Shown: positions 9,847-17,946 of the stretch, piece after piece | Position numbering within the stretch: the stretch's first letter is position 1 | Layout: every line of letters begins with the position of its first letter | NCBI GenBank assembly: GCA_963713045.1 | Contig: CAVQKE010000001.1 | Location: forward strand, 544,001-608,000 | DNA from: an uncultured delta proteobacterium | Lineage (GTDB): Bacteria > Myxococcota > Myxococcia > Myxococcales > Myxococcaceae | Reading direction: 5' to 3' | Length of the DNA stretch: 64,000 nucleotides | Notes under the pieces: model-generated | What the model saw: only the letters and a program-made list of their open reading frames with translations | What the model was told of the DNA's origin: nothing | The model's database searches: none | Translations under genes and position numbers: made by a program

Positions 9847-10455
9847 TCAGCCCCCGCACTTGTGGTGGGCGTGCAGGCCGTCGTAGCCGGCAGGCGGCTC
9901 ACTGGTTCCGAAGCCGATGAGGGCCCAGCCCTTTCGGTCCTTGTTTCCACCGTAGGAAGGGTCCGAGAAGGCGCCCTCCATGGTGAGGACGACGAGGAGC
10001 TCGTACCAGTGCCCCTCCCCGGTGTCCTTGGCGCTGTTCTTAAAGGCGGTGAGAAGCGTGTCCTGTTGCTCAGCGGTGAGCTGCGGGAAAGGCTTACCGA
10101 ATTGCCGCTCGGCACGGCGCATCAGCGCCTCGAGTCCGCGAATGAAATCCTCTTTGACGTGGCTCATCCGCGGGTCGGAAAGTGCCCGGTCCAGGTAACC
10201 CGGGACGCCGAGGTCAGCTGCACCCGGGTCCCCATCGCGGGGGAGCATGCGCTCGCAGGCCGCCGCCATGGCCTCATATTCGGCATCCAGCAGCGTGAGG
10301 TGCGAGGTGGTGAGGGCGCTCGGTTGCTGGGCGTGCTTGGCGGCCACCGGCTCCGGCGAGCAAGAGCCGAGCACAACCATACTGCCACCGAAGAAACTCA
10401 CACGCTGAATGAAAGACCGGCGAGAAAATTCGTCCTGGGGCGTGTCGTCCGACAT
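9847..10455 (-). CDS. Gluconate 2-dehydrogenase subunit 3 family protein, Tat-exported
   Basis: ATG10455; SRRSFI twin-arginine motif, then LGSC; PGAADLGVPGYLDRAL; EGAFSDPSYGGNKDRKGWALIGF. Confidence 0.9.
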   Translation of the reverse strand: MSDDTPQDEFSRRSFIQRVSFFGGSMVVLGSCSPEPVAAKHAQQPSALTTSHLTLLDAEYEAMAAACERMLPRDGDPGAADLGVPGYLDRALSDPRMSHVKEDFIRGLEALMRRAERQFGKPFPQLTAEQQDTLLTAFKNSAKDTGEGHWYELLVVLTMEGAFSDPSYGGNKDRKGWALIGFGTSEPPAGYDGLHAHHKCGG

Positions 10456-10549
10456 AGGTGGAGGTGTTCCTCGCATCTGACGTGAGGGATTCACGCAGGG
10501 AATCAGGCAGTCCAAGGGTAGAATACAATGCTCGATTGCCGGAGGCTGC

Positions 10550-12193
10550 ATGCGTCCTGTCGGATGGCTGATGTTGTTCGTGTGTGTCTTGGGCGCTGCC
10601 GCCTGTACTGGGAACGCCGGCAGCGTCATTCCCCTCGACGGCGGGTGCACCAGCTGCGTCCCCGACGGGGGCCGCTTCAACATCTTCGTCGTCGACCCAA
10701 CTCCCTTCTCCCCGCCAGTGGATGGCGGGGTCGTCAGTTTGGATGGTGGCGCCGTCCAGTCGCAGGTGACTGGCTACGAGACGATTCCCCTCTTTCAAAT
10801 GCACGTGGCTCCGAACGGAAATATCGGCATCGCGTACGTTGAGTTTAGTGCCGACCAAACCGACAACAAGCCGCGCCCGGACCCAAGCCTGTTGAACTAC
10901 GACGTCCTTTACACCGAATGGTCTGTGACCACGAATTCGCCCGCTTTCAGCCCTGAGCGGGTGAGTGGGAGCTACCCGGTCCAGAACTTCGTCGGAGTGA
11001 GTCTCGACTATTACAACGGGCAGCCCGTGGTGGGCTTACTCGGTTGGACTGCAGCCCCCGGTTATGACGCGACCCAGGCCTATTGGTACCAGCACCAGGG
11101 CGTCCTGTCGTACCGGAACCTCGCTGGCGGTGGCACACCGGGGACCTGGACGCAGGTGGCCGTCGTGGATAACGGACCGGCGCCGGGCGCCGACCCAGCC
11201 GCCGCCGGAACTGCATGTGGCGGCAATGGCTCGTGCGTTCAGGGGCCAATTACCGGTCTTTACCCGGCGGTCCTCGTCGACGGGCCGGAAACCTTCTTCA
11301 CCGTCCGCAACGTGCACTTTGGAAGCTCGACCGGGACGGGCGACTTCCAAAACTCCAACTTCGACCTGGCTCTCGGAGAACCAGGCAATTGGCAATATTT
11401 CGGGCTTGGCTGGGGGAAACCGGGAATTCAGTTGTCCCTCTCACCGACTCAGCCGGGCGTCAGCCGAGGCTGCTCCATTTCCAACAACACCTCAGGCCGT
11501 ACGGCTTATGGAAATCACAGCAGCATCGTCCTCGGGTACAACGGCAATCCAGCCATCATCAGCGACATCGGCAACAACGAATACAACAGCCCTGGGACCG
11601 ACGTCTTCTTCTTCGAGCAGCAGGACGGAGGGAGCTGGAATTGCCCGATGACGGTCCTCACCAGCGCCGACACCAGCACCACAGGAAATTTTCCAGCTGG
11701 TGAGCAGAGCATGCAGGAGACCAGCGGACCTTCCATCGCCTACGACAGCCAAGGCGTGGGTTACGCCGTTTCCATCTCGGACGTCAGTGGCAGCGGAGCC
11801 GCCTATTTCAAGACCTGCAATCCCAATGCAGACGCTGGTTGGGGTTGCGTCACCAACGGCCACTGGACCGACTTCCAGCCCGTGTTTCAGAGCGGCAGCG
11901 GCGGCTACTTCTCCTCGGTCGCACTGAACCCGGACACGCATGACCCTTGGGTGGCGTATTACTTTTGCAGCAGCAACTCGGCCTACAACGAGTTGAGCTG
12001 CCCGGTTGTGGAGCGTCAGCTGCAAGTGGCGCACAGCCCGTACAACGCCGGAATTTGGTACCCGGAACCGGTCGACAACCAGGGCGCGTGGCAGACGCAG
12101 ATGCTTTACCTCACCAGCCCAACCCGTCTCGTCATCGGCTACCGCGACCCGACCACGGGAGCGATGAAGCTCGCCGTGGAGAACCCCCCGTGA
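10550..12193 (+). CDS. Uncharacterised lipoprotein, beta-rich (possible beta-propeller)
   Basis: GGAGG RBS; signal ending AAAC; repeated strand units (SSVALNPDTHDPWVAYY, PSIAYDSQGVGYAVS, SSIVLGYNGNPAII). Confidence 0.8.
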   Translation: MRPVGWLMLFVCVLGAAACTGNAGSVIPLDGGCTSCVPDGGRFNIFVVDPTPFSPPVDGGVVSLDGGAVQSQVTGYETIPLFQMHVAPNGNIGIAYVEFSADQTDNKPRPDPSLLNYDVLYTEWSVTTNSPAFSPERVSGSYPVQNFVGVSLDYYNGQPVVGLLGWTAAPGYDATQAYWYQHQGVLSYRNLAGGGTPGTWTQVAVVDNGPAPGADPAAAGTACGGNGSCVQGPITGLYPAVLVDGPETFFTVRNVHFGSSTGTGDFQNSNFDLALGEPGNWQYFGLGWGKPGIQLSLSPTQPGVSRGCSISNNTSGRTAYGNHSSIVLGYNGNPAIISDIGNNEYNSPGTDVFFFEQQDGGSWNCPMTVLTSADTSTTGNFPAGEQSMQETSGPSIAYDSQGVGYAVSISDVSGSGAAYFKTCNPNADAGWGCVTNGHWTDFQPVFQSGSGGYFSSVALNPDTHDPWVAYYFCSSNSAYNELSCPVVERQLQVAHSPYNAGIWYPEPVDNQGAWQTQMLYLTSPTRLVIGYRDPTTGAMKLAVENPP

Positions 12194-12702
12194 GAAGGTC
12201 GGTCCTGGCTGTCGTTATGGCCACACCCTTGGTCGCTGCCGTGGGATGCATGGGCAGCAATTCATTGAGCGGGAGCATGAGTGAAGTGTTTCCGCTGGAC
12301 GTTTCCAGTGTGCAGGTTCTCCGCAACGACGACGCCTTCCAAGTCAGCTACTACAACTACAGTGGCGTTGGGATTGACCTGGTGGCCCGCGTGAGCGTCG
12401 CGCTCGATGGATGGGACTTTGTGTCAGGCAAGAATTACCCGCTTGAGGGGGAAGACGACGCTGGGCAACAGCGGACGTCGGTCCTTCACCTGGCTTCGCA
12501 ATCACCGCCCGAGCCACTGGCCAACGTCTACCTCGGGGTTCTTGAACTCGACAACGGCGGGAATGTCGGCCAGACCACCCAAGGCAGTTTCTCCATGTCA
12601 TTTGTGAGCGACGGCGGCTTCGGTGGGGGCTTCACGTTGCAGGGAAGCTTTTCTGGGATCGCCCAAGACGCTGGTTACGGAGACGGCACCTGGCCCGACT
12701 GA
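12190..12702 (+). CDS. Uncharacterised lipoprotein, paralogue of 21209-21712
   Basis: GTGA overlap; lipobox AVGC; C-terminal GSFSMSF...GFTLQGSFSG. Confidence 0.75.
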   Translation: MRRSVLAVVMATPLVAAVGCMGSNSLSGSMSEVFPLDVSSVQVLRNDDAFQVSYYNYSGVGIDLVARVSVALDGWDFVSGKNYPLEGEDDAGQQRTSVLHLASQSPPEPLANVYLGVLELDNGGNVGQTTQGSFSMSFVSDGGFGGGFTLQGSFSGIAQDAGYGDGTWPD

Positions 12703-12726
12703 CCCGAGGGGGCCGCTCTCCTCGGG
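12703..12726 (+). terminator. GC-rich hairpin immediately after stop codon (putative terminator)
   Basis: cccgaggggg-ccgc-tctcctcggg forms a ~10-bp stem including G-U pairs; no U-tract. Confidence 0.4.
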
Positions 12727-12839
12727 GGACCACGTCGCCACACATGGACTACCCGGCAACACACGGATTTTTCAGGGGAATCCGGCGATTGGACGCGTTG
12801 ACAGGGGCGCAGGCCGTGCGATTTGCTGGGGGAGTTCCC

Positions 12840-13442
12840 ATGCGAGGCCGAACTGTTCGACGCGTCGTGGCCTGTCTGGTCACGATTGCATGCTGCATCG
12901 CGCTGCCCTCTGCGGTGCGGGCTGCCACCGACAGCACGCAGACGACGCCCTCCAAGTCGAAGAGCACCAGCAAGACGTCTTCTACCGGCAAGAGCAAGAG
13001 CAAGCCGTCGTCCAAGTCGTCAACCAAGTCTTCCAGCAAAGCGGCGTCGTCCAAGACGAAAGGGACAACCAGCAAGTCGACGGCCTCCCGGAGCTCCGGA
13101 AAGTCGTCCAAGGGCACCGCCTCCGCGAAAAAGGCCACTTCTGCCGCGACAGCCAAGTCGTCGCCCTCGACCGAGGCGCTGCGCACCGCTTTTGACCCAA
13201 CTTCGCCCACCGCCACCTCCATTCCGGGCGCGCCGGCCGCGACCGCGTCGGCAGCGCCACCGGCTGGGCAGCGCGGCCCAACGCGCATTGACTTCGACGA
13301 CCGGCTGATTCAGGGCCAGCGCAACAGCGCTGGCGCGGTTTACCTCTACGACCGGAAGGAACTGAAGCAGCGCTCGATGATCAAGAAGCGCGAGAGCTTC
13401 CGCGAGGAAATCGTCGGCGTTGTCTACGACTCCGAGCTCTAG
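12840..13442 (+). CDS. GltF/CglF-like exported protein with long Ser/Lys/Thr low-complexity tract
   Basis: Signal peptide ending VRA. C-terminus RIDFDDRLIQGQ...YLYDRKELKQRSMIKKRESFREEI resembles the GltF/CglF core. Confidence 0.7.
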   Translation: MRGRTVRRVVACLVTIACCIALPSAVRAATDSTQTTPSKSKSTSKTSSTGKSKSKPSSKSSTKSSSKAASSKTKGTTSKSTASRSSGKSSKGTASAKKATSAATAKSSPSTEALRTAFDPTSPTATSIPGAPAATASAAPPAGQRGPTRIDFDDRLIQGQRNSAGAVYLYDRKELKQRSMIKKRESFREEIVGVVYDSEL

Positions 13443-13482
13443 TCCTCCTGCCTCAATCCCCCACCCACGAGGGAATCGAACG

Positions 13483-15651
13483 TTGAGCGGTCAGCCGGCA
13501 GTCCTCCAGGTCGTCATCCTGCGCGACGGGCTCCTGGTCGGCACCGAGGTGTTCGTCCCAGGTTCCTACACCTTGGGAAGCGCGGCTGACGCGGACCTCC
13601 GCCTCGATGACTCGACGGTCGATGCCTCCCACGCCGTTCTCTATTTCCAAAACGGCAAGGCGGCAGTCCAGGACTCCGGTTCCAGCGGCGGCCTGTATGT
13701 CAACGGTCACCAAGTCACGGCTTGCGAGATTCGCGCCGTGGACGAAGTTGTCGTTGGGCCCTTCGTCCTCAAAGCTCGAGTGCTGGGACAGAAGCTGGCG
13801 GCCAAGGCACCGCCTCCCCCCGAGGTGTCAGCGCTGCTCGGTGGAGCAGCTCCGGCGGCGGCAGTGCCCAGGGTGGCGCCGGTACAGGCGCCCGCGCCGC
13901 GACGCGCGGCCGCCACGCCGCCCCCGCCTCCGTCCGACGCCGACTCCTTGAACGGTCGAGTCCCCCGGGAAACAGCGGCGCCAGGAACGGTGCCCTCGGC
14001 GCGCCGCCGGAAGACCAACACCAAGAGTCGACTCAAACCGATTTCAGAGTCCGAGCTGGCCACCACCATGCCGTACCCGTCCCATCCGGTGCACGGCGCG
14101 AACTCGGGCGCGACGGAACTGGACCCTTTCGACGAGCCCTTGCAGCGCGCCAAGGGCTGGCCGCCGCCGGCGGCGTCGCCGTCCGCCCCGCCTCCTCCTC
14201 CCGCCGCAGCACGCTCGCCCTCGGCGCGTCATCCCTCGCGCCCGGCTGAGGTCGAACCGGAGCCGGCAGCCAGTGCGCCACCGAGACGGGCGACCTCGGG
14301 GCCGGTCAAAGCCGGGCCCCCGCGGACCTTCAGCATCCCCAGCAAAGGCGGACGCGGCCCGGCGCGCATTTACTTTGAGCTGTTTTGGGGTCAGGCCCGT
14401 CAGGGCGCAAATAGCTTTGGCCCCACCAAGAAGGACAAGCCGGTCAGAGCGGGGCTACTCGAAACGGCGATGCTTCCGCTGTTCGGATTCACGCTTCCGG
14501 AGGGCTTCCCCATCGCTGAATCCTCGGGTGGAGGCTACCGCCTCTTCATCCCACCGCGGGCCGAGGTGGAGCGACGCCGCGCGGACGGAGCTTTTGTCCC
14601 CGCCCTCCCTTCCGACGTGGAGAAATCGGGCGGCCGCCGAAGTGTGTCGCTCCAGCTCGGCTCAGCAGTGTGTCTGCGAGAGGGCGAGATGGCCTGTGTG
14701 GCCTTCGTCGCTCCTCCGCCGGAGCCGGTGTTTGTGAACCCATTCCGGAACCGACCCTGGTTCTTCATCTTCCTGGTGCTGCTCTTCTTAGTCCCGTCAG
14801 TTTATTGGGCCATCTTCGGCCCCAAGCTCGACGACCTTGCTGACTTCTCGGCGAAGAATCTGAACCCGGTCGCGGTCCGCCTGCTGGCTCCGCCAAAGCA
14901 AGAGAAGAAGAAGGAACCCGAGAAGAAGAAGGAAGAGCCAAAGAAGGAAGAGGCCAAGAAGGAGCCGGAGAAGAAGAAGGAACCCGAGAAGAAGGTCGTC
15001 AAACCGACACCGAGGCCCCCAGAGCCTAAAGTCGAGCCTCCCAAGGATGTGACCAAGGCGCTGGCCAAAGTGACGGCAGCCGGCCCGGCGATGAAGTCCA
15101 TGCTGGCGGCCATCAACAAGATTGGGCCCGGCGGCAACAACACCGCTTTCAAACTCAGTGGCCTGGTGGGCAAGGGCCCAGTGGCCAGTACCAATGGGCT
15201 TCCGGGCATTGGCATTGGCAAAGGCGGCGGCGGCCGCGAGATTCTGCTGGGGGCCGGCGGAGGTGGGATTGGAGCGCTGGGTGTAGGGAGCGTGGGCAAG
15301 GGCCCGGTGCGCTCCAGTGTCACCAAGGCAGTCTCGACCAGCATCGCCTCGCAGGGCCAAATCGACAAAGAGGCGGTGGCCAAGGTCATCAACTCCCACT
15401 TGGGCGAGGTCCAGCGCTGCTACGAGGCAGCCCTCTTGAGGACCCCCGCCTTGGCGGGAAAGGTGGTTTTGGAGTGGAGCATCTCCACCAGCGGGAAAGT
15501 CGTCAGTTCGAAGTCAAAAAGTTCGACTTTGAAGGATCCCTCGGTGGAGTCGTGCATTCTCAGGTCGCTCAACAACTGGCAGTTCCCGCCCGCTAAGGGA
15601 AACTCGGTCATCATCACCTACCCGTTCATCTTCAACGCGGTCGGCTTTTGA
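13483..15651 (+). CDS. GltG/PglI-like protein: FHA domain, Pro-rich linker, TM helix, periplasmic TonB-C-like (AgmX/PglI C-terminal) domain
   Basis: TTG13483 after GAGGGA. FHA-like YTLGS...SHAVL...QDSGSSGGLYVNG; TM WFFIFLVLLFLVPSVYW; C-terminus VQRCYEAALL...GKVVLEWSI...C...WQFP...TYPFIF. Confidence 0.85.
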   Translation: MSGQPAVLQVVILRDGLLVGTEVFVPGSYTLGSAADADLRLDDSTVDASHAVLYFQNGKAAVQDSGSSGGLYVNGHQVTACEIRAVDEVVVGPFVLKARVLGQKLAAKAPPPPEVSALLGGAAPAAAVPRVAPVQAPAPRRAAATPPPPPSDADSLNGRVPRETAAPGTVPSARRRKTNTKSRLKPISESELATTMPYPSHPVHGANSGATELDPFDEPLQRAKGWPPPAASPSAPPPPPAAARSPSARHPSRPAEVEPEPAASAPPRRATSGPVKAGPPRTFSIPSKGGRGPARIYFELFWGQARQGANSFGPTKKDKPVRAGLLETAMLPLFGFTLPEGFPIAESSGGGYRLFIPPRAEVERRRADGAFVPALPSDVEKSGGRRSVSLQLGSAVCLREGEMACVAFVAPPPEPVFVNPFRNRPWFFIFLVLLFLVPSVYWAIFGPKLDDLADFSAKNLNPVAVRLLAPPKQEKKKEPEKKKEEPKKEEAKKEPEKKKEPEKKVVKPTPRPPEPKVEPPKDVTKALAKVTAAGPAMKSMLAAINKIGPGGNNTAFKLSGLVGKGPVASTNGLPGIGIGKGGGGREILLGAGGGGIGALGVGSVGKGPVRSSVTKAVSTSIASQGQIDKEAVAKVINSHLGEVQRCYEAALLRTPALAGKVVLEWSISTSGKVVSSKSKSSTLKDPSVESCILRSLNNWQFPPAKGNSVIITYPFIFNAVGF
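14902..14994 (+). repeat. 27-bp exact direct repeat inside the Lys/Glu/Pro-rich linker of the GltG-like gene
   Basis: gagaagaagaaggaacccgagaagaag at 14902-14928 and 14968-14994 (EKKKEPEKK). Confidence 0.85.
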
Positions 15652-15691
15652 TGAGCGCCAGAGGCGGCGGCCTTCTCGAAGGGAACCTTTC

Positions 15692-16339
15692 GTGAGACGA
15701 ATTCTCGTAATTCTGGTTTGCCTTGCGCCCTTTGCAGCCCGGGCGCAAGAGGAGCTGGAAAATCCAGGCGTGGTTCTGGCTGTCCAGGACCGCACTTACC
15801 GGATGAACAGTGAGTTGATGCTGGCGATTGGCATCCTGCCGCTCGACGCTTTCACCAAAGGCATCAGTGGAGAGGTTTCATACACCTACCATTTCTCCGA
15901 CAGCATCGCCTGGCAGATTGGGCGGTTTCTTTATTCCTACAACGTCGCGACTGGTCTGCAGAACCAACTGGTCCAGGACTTCGGCGTCAATCCAACCGCC
16001 TTCACGCAAACCAACTGGATTGCCGGAAGCGATTTCATGTGGACGCCGATCTACGGCAAGTTCGCCTGGCTGAACAGCAGCGTTGCCCATTTCGAGATTT
16101 ACGGGCTGCTTGGGTTTTCGGTCGCAAACCAGAAAATCTCCAGCGACATCACCGCCGGGACAACCAGCACCGTGTTTTCTCCGGGCGCCAACTTCGGAAT
16201 TGGCTGGCGCTTCTACATCAGCAAGAGCGTCTCCTTTAGGCTCGAGTTCGACGAGAACCTCCTCTTCGCGACCAGTGGACCCCAAAGCGTCATGGTCATT
16301 CAGCTCGGCGCGGCCTTCAACTTCGGCTCGACTGAATGA
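15692..16339 (+). CDS. Outer-membrane beta-barrel protein, GltA/GltB/GltH-like
   Basis: Signal peptide ARA-Q; AVQDRTYR...LPLDAFTKG...WTPIYGKFAWLN...HFEIY; amphipathic strands. Confidence 0.8.
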   Translation: MRRILVILVCLAPFAARAQEELENPGVVLAVQDRTYRMNSELMLAIGILPLDAFTKGISGEVSYTYHFSDSIAWQIGRFLYSYNVATGLQNQLVQDFGVNPTAFTQTNWIAGSDFMWTPIYGKFAWLNSSVAHFEIYGLLGFSVANQKISSDITAGTTSTVFSPGANFGIGWRFYISKSVSFRLEFDENLLFATSGPQSVMVIQLGAAFNFGSTE

Positions 16340-17946
16340 TGCGAGAAGGCTTGACCACCAGGTTGCTGTTGTTGGTAGGACTTGTTCCCTGCCTTGCACT
16401 GGCGCAGGCGCCGTCCGCCCCACCAACTGCAGCACCGGCAACGCCCGCCCCCCCGACGCAGCCGGCGCCCGCCGCAGCCAAGCCGCCCAGCGCAGCTCCG
16501 CCGCCGGCGGCGCCCCAGCCACCGCCGGCTGGTCCCTCAACCCCCGAGGCGGCCAAAGCACCGGCGGAGAAGGCCGACCAGGCCCTCTTCGACGACGCGC
16601 TTCAGGACTATTTCGGCGACAAGAAGGAGTCTGCCGCGCGGAAGCTCTTCGCCTTCATCGAGGGCACGCCACCCACGGACGAAAATCACCCCTGGGCTCA
16701 GTACTTCTTGGCTCGTTGCTTCATCGACCTCGGCCTGCGACATGCCGGAGCCGTTTACTTGGCGAAGGTGGCACGCGAGCGGAGCAACCCGCAGGTGCTT
16801 CCGCGGACGCTGGAGGCCCTGCGGACCCTCATCCTCGTCCCCCACGATGAAGTGCTCATCGACGAGCAGGTCTTCGGCTCGCTGGACTTGGGCTTCCTGC
16901 CGGACACAGTGAGCGACTACGCCAACTACGAGCAGGGGTTGGTCGACCTTCGGGTGGGCAACGAACGCTGGGCGAACACCCACTTCGCCAAGCTGGACGA
17001 AGGAAGCGTTGAGGCCAGCCGGGCCAAATTCGCGTTGCTCGTCACCCGCCTCAAGAAGCTGGAGGGCAAGGCCGTTCCGGACGAGATGATTGAGGACTTC
17101 CTGGCGCTGTCCAACGACGAGAAGCTGACCATGGAGGCGCGGAATGAGGCCCGTCTCGCGGTGGCCCGCCTTCGATATGAGCGCAAGGACTTCGAAGGCG
17201 CGCTCAAGGCCTACGAGATGGTGCAGCTGCCTTCGCTGGACCCCGGCCGCGCAACGCTTTACCTCGAGGAGGCTTGGACCCGGTACAACCTTGGCCAGCT
17301 GCGGGCGGCGATGGGCCTCCTCACCACCCTGGATGCGCCGAGCTTCCGGGAGGAGTTTTTACCGGACAAGTACATCCTCCGCGCGCTGGTCTACCGCGAC
17401 CTCTGCCACTACCTGCCGGCCAAGCGCGCCGCCAAGGAACTCACCCGCCGTTACGCCGAGTCGCTCGAGTCGATTCGAGAGCGAGACGACCTCACCCAAG
17501 ACGCCCGGTTGCGCGCCGCCGCTTCGAGCCACGGGAGCACCAAGCGGGCAGCGAAGTTTCGGGAATCCCTCAACCTCGAGATTGAGCTCAAGGCGCGGTA
17601 CGCCGGCGGCTTCGGCGAACGGCTCTTCACCCAGACGACGAAACTTTATGACCTCGCTTACGCCGAGGCTGAGCGGGTCTACCGTCAAAGGCTCGAGGAG
17701 GCAGTGCGCGAAGAGGCTGACAAGCTGCTCCTGGCCGCCGAGCAAGTCCGGTTGATGGAATACGAGGTCGGTCTCAAGCTCTACGAGCGCATCAAACGCG
17801 GCGCCAAGCTGGTGCAGCCCGAAAAGCAGCAACCGATTGGGCCGGGCCAGGAGGCGTTTCGTTTCGACGGCGAATACTGGAACGATGAATTGCGCAGCTA
17901 CCGGGTCAGCATTCCCAGCCGGTGCGTGGAAGAGGGGGCGCTGTGA
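16336..17946 (+). CDS. GltC-like periplasmic TPR protein
   Basis: Signal peptide plus Pro/Ala linker; LEEAW...LTTLDAPSF...YILRALVYRDLCHY; C-terminus FRFDGEYWNDELRSYRVSIPSRC, typical of GltC. Confidence 0.78.
   Translation: MMREGLTTRLLLLVGLVPCLALAQAPSAPPTAAPATPAPPTQPAPAAAKPPSAAPPPAAPQPPPAGPSTPEAAKAPAEKADQALFDDALQDYFGDKKESAARKLFAFIEGTPPTDENHPWAQYFLARCFIDLGLRHAGAVYLAKVARERSNPQVLPRTLEALRTLILVPHDEVLIDEQVFGSLDLGFLPDTVSDYANYEQGLVDLRVGNERWANTHFAKLDEGSVEASRAKFALLVTRLKKLEGKAVPDEMIEDFLALSNDEKLTMEARNEARLAVARLRYERKDFEGALKAYEMVQLPSLDPGRATLYLEEAWTRYNLGQLRAAMGLLTTLDAPSFREEFLPDKYILRALVYRDLCHYLPAKRAAKELTRRYAESLESIRERDDLTQDARLRAAASSHGSTKRAAKFRESLNLEIELKARYAGGFGERLFTQTTKLYDLAYAEAERVYRQRLEEAVREEADKLLLAAEQVRLMEYEVGLKLYERIKRGAKLVQPEKQQPIGPGQEAFRFDGEYWNDELRSYRVSIPSRCVEEGAL

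Noticed and set aside
12940..14994. Short repeated DNA units as CRISPR or VNTR array
   Set aside because: They are codon-level repeats of low-complexity protein tracts (SK-rich, KKEEP) with no repeat-spacer structure, and no cas genes are present.
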